Notes: a model not told the origin generated them from the letters alone. Positions 42,085 to 55,368 are shown, counted from the first letter of the stretch. The stretch is 62,000 bases of DNA from Octopus vulgaris (GCA_951406725.2 OX597822.1:43482001-43544000); one strand, 5' to 3'. A program made the numbers and translations.

Positions 42085-42649
42085 AATTTATATCACAATT
42101 TCAACGAGCCAATGACATATTATTTCAGGTCAGTTTTTTATGCAATCACGCTGTAATGATTGAAATAGTTATACACTGGACAACATAGTACTGATATTCC
42201 AGCAATTTCACCTTCGATTTGAGTATTGCATTGTCTTTTGTGATAGCGCGTGCGCATGGATTTAAACTGATTTCGCCTATTTGGAACGCTTCTTGGAACA
42301 CGTTTTGCCTTGGGTTGGTGCATAATTATGGCGCTTTTTTTTAAACAAATTTTATTCAACAACAACAATAACAATATTTAACAAAAGCATCTTTAAGTGA
42401 CGATCTGATCATCTGCTAAGCAAATGGGAAGCAGTAATTGGAGTAGATGGTGAATATGCTCCGGAATAATCATTTAAAGATGTTTTTGTTACGTGTTGTT
42501 ATTGTTTTTGTCAAATGCACCAACCCAATAATTTGTGAATATGTTTTATAATATTATGTAGTGATTGCACAGAATAAGTGCTACGCTATATTTTTCAGTA
42601 TGTTACAATACCAAGACATATAGTTCTAGTAACGAATTTTCCCAAAAGA

Positions 42650-43565
42650 TGCTGACAAGGAATGACGCGTAATAAGGCATGTTATCTTGGTGTAATATCC
42701 AGGTCTTTTTTTGTGTATGGATGCCTCATACGTCTTTCTTCGTACTGTCTTTGCTAACTGACTCAGCACCTTCTAGTAAAATTCGTAATTGAACTTCTGC
42801 TTGTTTTGAACAAACTTATGTACGACACTCAATAAGTAAAAAAAAAGCAAAAAAAGAAAACACCCAAACAAAGCAGACAATTCGACCATGACCTTCGCGT
42901 TTGAGCTACTCTGACGTGATATTTTATTCGTAGCGACAATGATATATTGTATTTCGTTTTCACATTGTAGACATACTGCCACGTATCATCATCTGTTATA
43001 ACACATTCCAGAAAGTCTTCATCACTTTTCAAACATTCACCTGACCGAGTTTCGCTCCCCCTTTGTTCATAGGCCTGAAGACGAGGAACAAATATTATGA
43101 AACTATAATATCTCTCTAAACTTTTTTTTCGAATCATGTAACCCGAATTTTTACAGACCTCTACTTCAGAAATTATATGGAGAGTTAGGCTTCGATTTTC
43201 AGGGATCATAGCTCGTAATTTCGCATCGTCCATATAGTCCGTTCTTGTGTCAGTTTGTCCGGGTTTAAGGAACGTCTTCTCGATTTCAGACATCCGGTAC
43301 TACATCTATTTCAGACATCCGGTACTACATCTATTTCAGACATCCGGTATCACATCTAACATAGTCTACGGTTCCAGCATTCTTCCTCAGAAGCCTGCTG
43401 TGCTTTTTAAAATGTTTCCATATATGTTATTGAATTTTCCAATTTCATAGAAACGCGTTGTTCTAGAAAAATTCTTCATTGTTTCATTTAAACAGGGCCA
43501 TATCAGATCCAAATATCCGATCCGTTTTCTGTTCGGATTGGCCTTTTGTTCAGAACTGGCCTCTC
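42650..43565 (-). pseudogene. Decayed mariner transposase
   Basis: KLRAMIPENRSLT...FVPRL..YEQR...DFLECVITDDDTWQYVYNVKTK...CLLCLGVFF; includes a 25-bp x3 tandem at 43283-43357. Confidence 0.75.
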
Positions 43566-44379
43566 ACACCCACCCTACAATACCATTTTAAAAATAAGCA
43601 ATCACATTATTGAAGTCTCAAAGCTACAAGATGATGCTTGATTTATTCAAAAAACGATATGAATAAAATGCATTAAATTTGACAGTGTAATCTGAATATT
43701 AAATGGTTGACTTGCGACAAATCGCCATGTGCATTAATCATCCGCTCACTGAAGCATGTATAGATTGATGACGGGTTGAAATGGCGGAATGTGGCTATTA
43801 TTAGACTGAAGGACAAGATCACCCATCTAGAGAAAGGAGAAGAGAAGTAAGACAGAGGGAAAGAAAGAAAGAGAGGTTGGAACAGATGGAGAGAAGGCAG
43901 AGAGAAGGACAAAAGAAGAGGGAGAAGGTAGAAGGCCACGGTGTCTGATTCCTTGACAGGCAGATAGGAGATAAGAGATGGAATATTTTAGAATTTACGT
44001 AGTACATTGTTAACTAGATTTTGTCTTCTAGCAGACTTACTTCCTTTGCATGCAACGAGAACTTTCTTGATTCTGACCAAAGTCATCCTTCATCGGTGTA
44101 GATCGGATTTCCTCCTCACATAGAAATTCTCGCTTACGTGTTGCATACGTCTACGACACATGCTGTGGCACCATCGAATGGGGAATAAACCGAAATGGTT
44201 CTTATGACCTAAAAACGTCAAATGAACAAAAACCAAAACAAAAAAAAAAACAAAAAAAAGGAAGAAGAAAGCAGCGATCCGATGAGAAGTCTTTATGTGG
44301 TCGAAACTGTTTCTACTGAGTCGAAACAATCAACAACACAATCAACAACAATATCTCGAAGAGCTGACATCAACGATAG

Positions 44380-44436
44380 CGAAAACTACTGCTACCACAA
44401 ATACTCCTCCTCCTCCTCCTCCTCCTCCTGCTGCTG

Positions 44437-44486
<50 letters not shown>

Positions 44487-44567
44487 GCTGCTACTAATGC
44501 TGCTTGTACTGTTGCTACCACTGCTGCTGCTGCACTACGATTATTGCTGCTGCTGCTGCTGCTGCTG

Positions 44568-44621
<54 letters not shown>

Positions 44622-44702
44622 ATGCTGCTGGTGCTATTGCTACCACTGCTGCTGCAGCTGCTACTCCTCCTCCTCCTCCTCCTCCTCCTCCTCCTCCTCC
44701 TC

Positions 44703-44766
<64 letters not shown>

Positions 44767-44770
44767 AGCA
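44380..44770. repeat. Compound trinucleotide repeat (CCT/GCT/ACT) with internal block duplication
   Basis: Read directly; ctaatgctgct...tgctaccactgctgctgc occurs twice. Confidence 0.9.
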
Positions 44771-45070
44771 ATAAAACAGCAACAGCGGGAAGTCTGTCAA
44801 ACCGCCACAGTTTGTAAAGTTGTCAAAATGCCCAGATATGTCACCGCAGCCATATATTTTCGATAGAATCTTTATCTTTTAATTGTTTCACCGATTGGAC
44901 CGTAGCCATGCAGGGTCACCGCTTTGAAGGGTTTTAGTCGAGCAAATCAGGTTCATTTTATTGGTCTGGTACTGGTTCTATTGGTGTCAATGGTCAAATG
45001 GTGGTAATACGGGAACGTAAACGAATCGACACCGGTTGCAAAGCAGTTGCGGGGTTCACAGACAGGTATC

Positions 45071-45102
<32 letters not shown>

Positions 45103-45754
45103 TGCGCATTTGTATGTGTGTGTGCGTATGTATGTGTGAGTACGTTTGAATGTGTGTATGCGTGTGTGTGCATCTGTATGTATGTTTGGTGCGCGTGTGT
45201 TTGTATGTGTGTGTATGTTTGCATGTGTGTGTGCGCATGTGTGTGTATGTGCGTGTGTTTGTATGTGTGTGCGTTTGTATGTGTGTGTGTGCGTGTATGT
45301 GTGTGTGCGTTTAATGTGTGTGCATATGTGTGTATGTACGTGCGCTTGTGTCTATGGAAGTTTGTATGTATGTGTATGTGCGTGCTTTTGTATGTATATG
45401 TGTGCGTGTGTGCGTATGTGTCTGTGCGTTTGTATGTATATGTGTGATTGCGTTTGTATGTATGTATGTCTTTGTATGTGTGTGTGCGCGTGTGTGTATG
45501 TGCGCGCGTTTGTATGTGTGTGTGTGCATGCGTTTGTATGTGTCTGTGTTTGTATGTGTGTGTGTTCACCTTGGACAAGTGACTTTTACTATAGGCACGG
45601 GCCAACCAAAGCCTTATGAGTGGATTTGGTAGACAGTCGGTTGTTGTTATAGAAGGTGGGCAGGGCAACATACTCCCTGAGCGGGAGGCCAATCCGCCAA
45701 TATTTGCAGTTAGGTGGTCTGGTGTAATATAAAATGAAATGTTTCACACAATCC

Positions 45755-46280
45755 CGCTGCGTGCCGCCTTGGGGGAAGTGTCTTCTACTATAGCATCGGG
45801 CCGACCAAAGCCTTGTCAGTGAATTTCGTCGAGAGAAACGGAAAAGAAACCCGTGGTATATATATATACGTATATATATCTCACCTTCTCTCTCTGTTTT
45901 ATTTCCCCCTTATTCCTTTCTGTCGAAGAGCGTCGGCTCGAAACGTGAAAGCCTTTTGTATTTTTCCCGAGAATAAAAGTAATACACTTGCTTGTTTTTT
46001 CTACTCCTGTCTTCGTTTGTGATTTTCTGTACATGTGAACTATGTATGTATATGTGTGAGTGTGTGTATGTGTGTGTGTTTGTGTATTTGTGTCTGTTCG
46101 TCTCCCCACCACCACCGCCTGACAACCGTGTTCGTCTTTTTACGATGTAGCAGTTCGGTAAAAATACCGACAGAATAAGTACATGGCGTAGAAAGAATAC
46201 GTCGATTTGTTCGACTAAAAACCCCTTAAGGTGGTGTCCCAGCATGCCCCCTGTCAAATAAGTAAAACAAACAAATGAAT
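45755..46280 (+). mobile_element. SINE family A with a PLE terminal fragment (~45880-46035) nested in its microsatellite
   Basis: SINE head and core to 45860, then cttt-CTGTCGA-a-gagc/gtcg/gctc-GAAACGTG (45916-45951), then the SINE 3' half resumes at ~46040. Confidence 0.75.
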
Positions 46281-46300
46281 AAATATATATTTTATAAGCC

Positions 46301-46535
46301 TAAAGCTTATAAGCAATTGCCGTGTATCGACTAAAGATAATATTTTAATACTGGGAAATATAAGCCATCAAGAGAAGAAGTTGATTTTCGGTACGCATAC
46401 AACTCACGCCTCTCTATATACTTGATACGTGTGTTACCATTAGACTGTCTTGCTTCTTCCCATTAGAATTAAGAACTATAAATTCATAGTGTTGTTTTCT
46501 TTAGTCAATACACGGCGATCGCTCATACACTTTAA
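46301..46535. mobile_element. MITE with ~40-bp imperfect TIRs
   Basis: taaagcttataagcaattgccgtgtatcgactaaaga versus tctttagtcaatacacggcgatcgctcatacacttta; related to 53796-53907. Confidence 0.65.
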
Positions 46536-46634
46536 GCTTGTGAAATATTATTTACAGAATTGTCATTTATCAGCGCAGAAACAAATGCACGTGCGTGCGC
46601 GCGCACACACACATATAGGCATTTGTGTGTGTAT

Positions 46635-46671
<37 letters not shown>

Positions 46672-47708
46672 AGAGAGGAAAAATTATAATTTTTCCTCTC
46701 CTATCATTTCTCCACGTGCGGTTAACACAACCCCCACCATTTACCGACCTATATATATATATATACACCCACACACACATATGTACACGCACACACACAC
46801 ACACACACACACACGCACGTACACAGACACTCACACATATATATATATATACATACATACACACGAGGGAGTGCTGAAAATTCCCTGGGTTTGCTTAAAA
46901 GAAAATACAGAAGGATTTTATTCAAAATGTATCCCTCTCAGATTCACACACTTATTGCTGCGGTCCGCAGTCATATATACATATATATATATATATATTG
47001 ATTTATATATATATATGTAGACACACACAAATACACACACACTTACATACATGCAAACATATATATATATACATATGTGAAAATATATATATATATACAT
47101 ATGCGATTATGGCCTCGTAACCTAGTGGCTCAGCAAAATAGACCGATAAAATAAATACCAGCTTTTAAAGAAAATATATCTTAGTTTCGAATTGCTCGAT
47201 TAATACACTTCAAGGTGATGCTATATCATGGCCGCAGTCAAATAACTGAAACAAGTAAAAGATAAAAGGTTCATATGTGTATATATATATATGTATATAT
47301 ACATGTAGAGGTAGGTACGTACATATATGTATATATGCATATGTTTTATTTATTTATTAATATATTATTTATATATATATATATATATATATATTGGCCT
47401 GCTCGCTTAGCCAGTGGGGTGGCGTCATGTGAAGGCTAAAACAATGTGAAGCGCATTGTGACCAGCGATGTGTAGCAACATCCTATAGCCTGGTCGGTCA
47501 CGGTGATCACGTTGATATATATATATGTGTGTGTATGTATGTATATATTTATGGAACAAAATCGCAATAGAATTAATTAAAACGTTCGTATAGATTCACG
47601 ATACAAAGGCGGACAAGACAAGAGAAACAGACGGGTCATTCTTGGCTTTCTTTTATCAGTCAAGTAACAGAAGTCACAACCATTTTGGACAACACACACA
47701 TATCATAG

Positions 47709-47850
47709 TCACAGGAGTGGGTGTGTGATAAGTTGCTTGCTTACCAACCACATGGTTCTTGGTTCAGTCCCACTGCATTTCTACAATGGCCTCGGATCGA
47801 CCAAAATCGTGTGAGTGGATTTGGTAGATAGAAACTGAAAGAAGCCCGTC

Positions 47851-47900
<50 letters not shown>

Positions 47901-48148
47901 TTGTGTGTGTGCGTGTGTGTGTTGTGTGTGTGTGTGTGTGTGTCTATGTTTGTCCTGCAAACATCACTTGACAACCGATGCTGGTGTGTTTACGTCTCCG
48001 ATACTTAGCATTTCGGCAAAAGATACCGAAAGAGTAAGTACTAGGCTTACAAAATCCTGGGGTCGAATCCTTGTTCGAATATTGGCGGTGCTCCACCAAG
48101 GCCGCAGTCAAATAACTGAAACAAATAAAACAATAAAAAATAAAAGAA
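47709..48148 (+). mobile_element. SINE family A, near full length
   Basis: Head, core, internal microsatellite and tail gcagtcaaataactgaaacaaataaaa. Confidence 0.85.
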
Positions 48149-48658
48149 TATATATATGATCCGAGAGAGAGAGAGAGAGAGAGGAAAAGAGAGAGAGAGA
48201 GAGATGAGATAGAGAAAGGAAGAAAGAAGCGGGAAAAAGACATAAATGTCTTGAACATCTCCTCCCATAATTCACAACAAGCTTGAGAAACACAGACGAG
48301 GTCAATATGAACAATTGGCACGGGTTCAATATCGTTCGTGTACCATTATTGAAGTCGTTAAGTGGAAATCCGCTGGTTAGACCAGTGTGAACTCCATTTT
48401 CTGATTGTTTCACACAGTATTCAGTTGGACACGACACACAGACATCATACGTCACGCACACATAGGAGGCACTTTTATGTCACGCATATATAGGAGACAT
48501 TTTACAAACGTACACATACATATACCCATGTTTACACGTTTTACACGTATATACGCAGACATCATACAATGGCGTTACAATTCCAACGCACATTTAATAC
48601 ATATACACACTCCAGTAAGCTTTAACACAGTTAGCTGGTCAAAGGCATAATGTGCATG

Positions 48659-48691
<33 letters not shown>

Positions 48692-49246
48692 GTGTGTGTG
48701 TGTGTGCATATGTGTGTGTGTGAATGTGTGTGAATGCATATATATACATATATATATATATATACACGTATATATATATACACGTATATATGTATATATA
48801 TATGTGTGTGTGTGTTTGTGCATATATATACATATATATATATATACATATATATGTATATATATATATATATATACATACACACACACACACACATATA
48901 TATATATGTATATATACATATATAAATGTACATAGATATATACAAGCATATATAAACACACGTATACAAATGTGTGTGAGAGCGTGAATGAGTATATATA
49001 TGTATATATATACACTTACATTCTTACAGACACACATCTAAATATGTGTGTGTGTATGTGTGTGTGTGTGTGTCTAGAATCACATATAATTACTCACGCA
49101 CAAACAAATATTTATTGCAGAGCGACAACCTCTGAACAAGACAAAAAACAATTCTCAACTTCACAGATCTGAGTGTTTTCACGCAATCGGCTGCTGAGGC
49201 ACATAACATAATATATATATATATATATATATATGCTGAGGCGCAT

Positions 49247-49324
<78 letters not shown>

Positions 49325-49477
49325 CATATATGTGTGTGTGTGTGTGTGTATGTATATATATATATATACAGATGTATATATGTATGTATGTATCTCTATC
49401 TATCTGCCTGTCTATATTTCGATACATATACACAAATACAGACAGACACATATACACACATACGCACACACACACAC

Positions 49478-49523
<46 letters not shown>

Positions 49524-49619
49524 CGGGAAGCTTTATGAAAATAAACAAAAGACGAAGGCAGATGGAGTACAAACAAACAATTGTATTAGTATGGCGCCCA
49601 GGAATATAAATAAAACAAG

Positions 49620-49657
49620 TCTTTTACGTTTCGAGCCTACGCTCTTCAACAGAAAGA
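49620..49657 (-). ncRNA. Variant hammerhead-like motif in the PLE terminus (CUGUUGA core)
   Basis: ucuuu-CUGUUGA-a-gagc/guag/gcuc-GAAAC-GUA-aaaga: 5-bp stem I, 4-bp stem II, loopless ACGU stem III. Confidence 0.6.
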
Positions 49658-50417
49658 TACACAGAAAAGACACACGGAGAGAAACAAAGAGAGAAAAAAA
49701 TGCGTGCAGAGGCTAGCGAATCAACATGGCGATCTGATTTCGGCCAGAAGTCAAAGATCAAACGTGAGACGCAAGAGCGAAATTAGAGGAGATAACAGGG
49801 TCAAATGACCTCGCCCCAACATAAGTGTGTGTGTGTGTATAAGAGAGTATGTAGTGCGTATGAGAGGTCTGGACGTGCGTATGTATATATGATGTGATGT
49901 GTAAAGTCGTATGGTGTAGTGTAGAGAGAGGAGATGAGGGGGAGAGGGGGAGTGAGGAAGAGGGGGGAAAGAAAAGAGGAGGGAAAAAGGAAAGAGGAGA
50001 AGGGGAGGGAGAAGGGGAAAGGTGAGAGTGAGGAGGGGGAGGGGGAGAATGAAAGAAGGAGGGGTGGTGAGGGTGAGATGAGATGAGGGGGTGGAGGGGG
50101 AAATGAGATGAGATGAGGGTGGTGGGTGGAGGGGAAAAGGAGATGAGGGTGGAGTGTGAGGGGGAGAAGGAAAGAGGAGAAGAGGAGGGAGGAGGAGGGG
50201 GAAGGGGGAGAAGGAAGGAGAAGAGAAGAGGAGGGAGGATAGAGGGAGGGGGAGAGGGAGAGAGAAGGGGAGTGAGGGAGCAGAGAGAAAGAGGGAAGGG
50301 GAAGAGGGAAGAAGAAAGAGGGAAGAAGGGAAGAGGAGGGAAAGGGAGTAGGGGTGAAAGGATGAAGGACTGAAGAGAAGTAGGGGTCGGGAGGAGGTTA
50401 GATGAGGAGGGGGGAGA

Positions 50418-51925
50418 GTTGAAACCAAATGGCGTAAAAGAGCGAAGAGAGAAGATTAATCCCTGTTCACGGCGCAAACGGGAATCCGGATGGCCTCTGT
50501 GCAAGGACAAACCGAACACAGACAGGTGTTGCAAGGAGTGACCGGTGGAGCGGAAATGGCGTGAGACCGGTGTGTCGTTGGCAAGGCGGACGTCACGGAG
50601 GTGTTCCGCGAACCGGTCAGCCAAGCGGCGTCCCGTTTGTCCGATGTACAGGGAATGGCAGAGAGAGCAGGAGACGCAAAAGATGATATTGCTGGAGGTG
50701 CAGGTGAAGGAGTTGATGATGCGATAGGGTCGATGATGGGTGCCAGTGAAAAGGGTGGTGTTGGAGAGGTAAGGGCAAGTGCGGCAACGTGGGCGGGAGC
50801 AGGGGAACGAGCCAGGTTGGGAGGTAGGATCAGGGAAGGAGCTGTGGACCAAAAGGTCTCGTAGGTTATGGGCTCGTTTGAAGGAGGGGAGGGGTCGGTT
50901 AGGGAAGAGGTGTGAAGTGGACGGGTCGGACTGGAGATGCCGGAAAGATCGAAGAATGGTGCGTTGGAGAGGTAGGGTCGTGGGGTGGTAAGTGAGCGGA
51001 AAAGGGAGGCGGGTTCGGGGAGAGAGAGCAGATGCACGGTCTACGGAACGTGCTCTGGCAAGGGCGGTGTGGATAGTGGAGAGGGGGTATCCACGTAGGA
51101 TGAAGTGGTGAGCCAAACGTTGAGACTGAGTCTCAAAGTCATGGTCGTCACTACAGAGCCTACGTAGACGGAGGAATTGGGAATAGGGGATGGAAAGCTT
51201 AGTGTGCTTTGGGTGGGAGGAAGAGAAGTTGAGGTATGAGTGTGAGTCTGTGTGTTTGTAGTGAATGGAGGTGGTAAGAGTGGAGTGATGAATGCTGACC
51301 GAAATGTCGAGGAAGGAGACAGAGGTGTTGGAGATGGAGGTGAAGTGGAGGGCTGGATGGAAGGATTGAACGAAAGAGAGGAAGGAATCTAGATGTTCAC
51401 GGGAGAGTGAGGTGGCACCGATAATGTCAATGTAACGACCGTATAGTTCAGGAGTGGGACCAGTGAAATTAGAGAATATTTGGGCCTCAACATAGCCAAC
51501 GAACAGGTTCGCATAGTTGGGGCCCATTCGCGTTCCCATGGCCACTCCCGAGGTATGTTGGTAGAACTCGCCCGCGAACGAGAAGCAGTTGAGAGTAAGG
51601 ACAAGTTCGGCCAGGCGAATGAGTGTGGTGTCAGGTTCAGGGTTGGGACGGAGGTCGAGAAAGTGTTGAAGTGCCCGCAGTCCTTCGTGGTGAGGGATAA
51701 CGGTATAGAGGCTCTGGATAAGCATAGTAAAAAGGATTTTGGGAGCCAGGAGGAAAGGAGAAATAGTTGAAAAGCCAGAGAGCATGGTTGGTATCGTGGA
51801 TGTGGGAGGGAAGAGACGCCACTAGGGGGGCAAGGACACGGTCGAGGTATTTAGAGATGAGCTCTGTGGGGCAGTTATAGGTGGAGACGATGGGGCGGCC
51901 AGGGTTGTTGGGTTTGTGGATTTTG
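50418..51925 (-). pseudogene. PLE RT + GIY-YIG endonuclease, probably inactive
   Basis: IPKIHKPNNPGRPIVS (upstream, frameshifted), LFTMLIQSLYT, GVAMGTRMGPNYANLF, RYIDIIG (one Asp of YIDD missing), FLDI, CSRPRCRTC linker, NIIF..CSLC..YIGQT, EH...HF, ending PFGFN. Confidence 0.92.
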
Positions 51926-51987
<62 letters not shown>

Positions 51988-51994
51988 ATATATA

Positions 51995-53042
51995 CTAGCA
52001 GTATCGCCCGGCGTTGCTCGGGTTTGTAAGGGAAAATAACTATATAAGCATTTTTAGAGAGTTATAGCAAAAAAATGCATTAAAAATGGAATAAAAAATG
52101 ATGGTAATTATTTTTTTTAATTGTTGACTCAGTGTCTTCAAGCCATGAAGTCGTTGTTCTAAAAGAACGCTGGTCTCCTTGACAACGCTTTACGACGTTG
52201 ATTTCCTTACACTCCCTTCCCCACAGCTTCACGAGGGAGGGAAGAAGGGGGTGAAGCAAACAGGTTCAGGTGTGAGCGTGGACGCCAACTCCGCCGCCAT
52301 CGACACACGAAAAAATATGCATTAAAATGGAATAAAAAATGATGTTAAATTATTTTTAAAATCGTAGACTCATCGTAGACGCGCGCTAATTCCCAGACGG
52401 GCTCGATATGAATCACGACTATAAGATACCCGAATTTGGTTAAACTGCACCGCAAAATGTGGGAGTACTTAGGAATCTAAATCGAAGGGGACAGACACTT
52501 ACACAACTACAGTTTTATATATATTGACTAGCAGTATCGCCCGGCGTTGCTCGGGTTTGTAAGGGAAATAACTATATAAGCATTTTTAGAGAGTTACTTC
52601 CCTTATAGATGCCAATTCGGGCTTTCTTAGCTATTTCTGTTTTGGTGTCTTCAAGCCATGAAGTCGTTGTTCTAAAAGAACGCTGGTCTCCTTGACAACG
52701 CTTTACGACGTTGATTTCCTTACACTCCCTTCCCCACAGCTTCACGAGGGAGGGTAGAAGGGGGAGAAGCAAACAGGTGCAGGTGTGACCATGGACGCCA
52801 ACTCCGCCGCCATCGACACACGAAAAATTATGCATTAAAATGGAATAAAAAATGATGTTAAATTATTTTTAAAATCGTAGACTCATCGTAGACGCGCGCT
52901 AATACTCAGACAGTCTCGATACGAATCACGACTATAAGATACCCGAATTTGGTTAAACTGCACCGCAAAATGTGGGAGTAGTTAGGAATCTAAATCGAAG
53001 GGGACAGACACTCACACAACTACAGTTTTATATATATATAGA
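51995..53042 (-). mobile_element. Head-to-tail dimer of a non-autonomous Helitron
   Basis: Units 52528-53042 and 51995-52527 each run TC...cccgagcaacgccggg hairpin...CTAG; junction CTAG|TC; outer flanks A and T without TSD. Confidence 0.85.
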
Positions 53043-53519
53043 TATGTATGTATGTATGTATGTATGTATAATTCATATTTAAAGCTGGGCGCAGTATAAT
53101 ACCAGAAAGGAAAATTCAATCTTCACTAAGTACGACTAATGATACCTAGACACCTACATTGCTAGAAATAGAAGTAAAATACTTCCTCAAGGAAGAGCAC
53201 AAATCTACAAATCTATACACATAGGTTGGCTGAGGAACAAACCTTCACATGTCTGAATAGTGGGGCATGGTGAGGTTTGTTTATCTTTTATCTTTTACTT
53301 GTTTCAGACCACAGGACTGCGGCCATGTTGGAGCATCACCTCGAATAATTTTTAGTCAACTGATTCGATTCCAGTGTATATTTGTTTTTAAACCTGGTAC
53401 TTATGCTATCGGTTCCTTTCGCTGATCCGCTAAGTTCCACGGGGCGCAAACACATAAATAAAGTATATAAACGTATAAATAAAGTATATAAAGTATATAT
53501 ATATATATAAAGTATATAT

Positions 53520-53624
<105 letters not shown>

Positions 53625-53795
53625 TTTATAAAGTATATATATATATATATATATATGTAAAAAATACAAACTGGGACAAGAACGCAAAACATTTAGAAGA
53701 CGATACAAAAAATACAGACATTCGAAGCCTTCAATCTTCAGTCAAGAACCGGATCATTCTCGCAATTTCGGCCGGACAGTTTTGTTAAAATAAGT

Positions 53796-53907
53796 TTAAA
53801 GCTTATAAGCGATCACTGCGCCATTGCCTAAAGAAAATAGTCAAATAATTGGGTATTATCAGACTATTTTCTTTAGTCATTGCGCAGTAAGGGCTCACAA
53901 GCTTTAA
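53796..53907. mobile_element. Short MITE/foldback of the same family as 46301-46535
   Basis: ttaaagcttataagcgatcactgcgccattgcctaaagaaaatagtc / gactattttctttagtcattgcgcagtaagggctcacaagctttaa. Confidence 0.7.
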
Positions 53908-54447
53908 GATTATTAAATACTATTATTATTATTTACAGAATTGTAAAAATCGACGCTGCTTCACAAAACTATCTTCCTTTTCGTCACGTGATCATCTTTC
54001 TTTTCCTGCATGGACGATGAAAAGAAAGGACGAATTTTTCTCTCTCTCTCTCTCATCTATCTTCTCTCTCGTAGTGTTCACTATTTTCCTCTCGCTCTGG
54101 TCTAACGACCCGAAATGTTTGTTTTCGTTCGGTTTTCTTATATATCACTATTGTAATTTTTTCCCCAACTTGGAACCTCCATGAATCCTAAATTTTATTT
54201 TAGAATTTATGGGAGCAACTATCTTTGCAAACTCATATTGTCTTTGAGTGCTCGAAAAGAGTACTAGATAGACAGCCGACAACTGATAAAGGGTCGTTTC
54301 TCTGTGTTTACTTGTCCTGTTTTCCATTTTACTTGTTTACGTATTTTACTCGTTTTTCCATTGTTTCTTTATGTATTTCATGTTATTTGCACCGTTGGTA
54401 ACGTTCCCATATATGCATGTGTGTGCATATATACATACATATATACA

Positions 54448-54483
<36 letters not shown>

Positions 54484-54659
54484 TATATATACATATATAT
54501 ATTATTTATATAAAAATATAATTATGACGCGAACTCTTTAACCCTTTACTTGACCTTTCCTTCCTTCCTGTCTGTCTTCCGCTTTACCTGTCTCTCTCTT
54601 CTTATTTTTCACCCTTTATGATTTCCTTTCCTCTCTCTCTCTCTCTCACTTCTCCTCAT

Positions 54660-55120
54660 CTCTCTCACTGCTGAGTGGACTACCAACTTTCTTTTGCTCG
54701 CAGCTTTCTACAAGTCAACACCGACTTTTTCTTGCGCTCCGAATTTTTCCATCGTCTAGGCTTAAAAAAAGCCCTCAATGTTGATTTCATTGTCCTGTTT
54801 TTATTCTTTATGTGCACTGTATTTTTATTTGTATTGCTTTTACGTCCTGTTCTTGTCACTTTTTTTCTTTCCTTGTTTTACTCCTCTGCAGAAAAAATTT
54901 ATTTAATTCTTTTGCAGGAAGGATTGCTTCGGCGGGTCGTGTTCTGTCCTTACCTACGAAATACGCATTGAGTCGAACCAGGGACAGCTGATGAAGGGGA
55001 ATATTCCTTGTATTGTTTGTCTTGTACTCTGTTTTTTCGTTGTTAAAAAAGTCCGTTTCCTAGTTTGTTTTTATGTTTTCGTTTCTCGTTTTGTTCTACG
55101 TTTATTTGTGGTGTCCTGTA
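54660..55120 (+). mobile_element. Probable PLE 3'-end fragment
   Basis: EFFHRLGLKKALNVDF resembles PLE C-termini; the downstream block partly repeats 54260-54420. Confidence 0.35.
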
Positions 55121-55129
55121 CTCATATTT

Positions 55130-55184
<55 letters not shown>

Positions 55185-55337
55185 TGTATATATACATATA
55201 GATGTAGGTACGTACATATATGTATGTATGCATATATTTTATTTATTAAATTATTATATTATATATGTATATATATATATATATGTTTGTATATGTGTAT
55301 ATATATATATATGTATGTATATATGTATATATGTATG

Positions 55338-55368
<31 letters not shown>

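Larger units (their letters stand above)
49522..51928 (-). mobile_element. 5'-truncated Penelope-like retroelement (Neptune-like) with 3' pLTR, in (TA)n
   Basis: RT and GIY-YIG coding region, CT-rich 3' region, terminal repeat with HHR-like motif; (TA)n at both ends. Confidence 0.92.

Noticed and set aside
44295-44866. Low-complexity ORFs over the CCT/GCT/ACT repeat as a mucin-like exon
   Set aside because: Open in several frames on both strands because of trinucleotide composition; no splice signals or non-repetitive coding flanks were identified.
49758-50417. C-terminal ~220 aa (P/S/L/F-rich) of the 675-aa ORF
   Set aside because: Read-through into the CT-rich 3' region; PLE homology ends at PFGFN (~50418).
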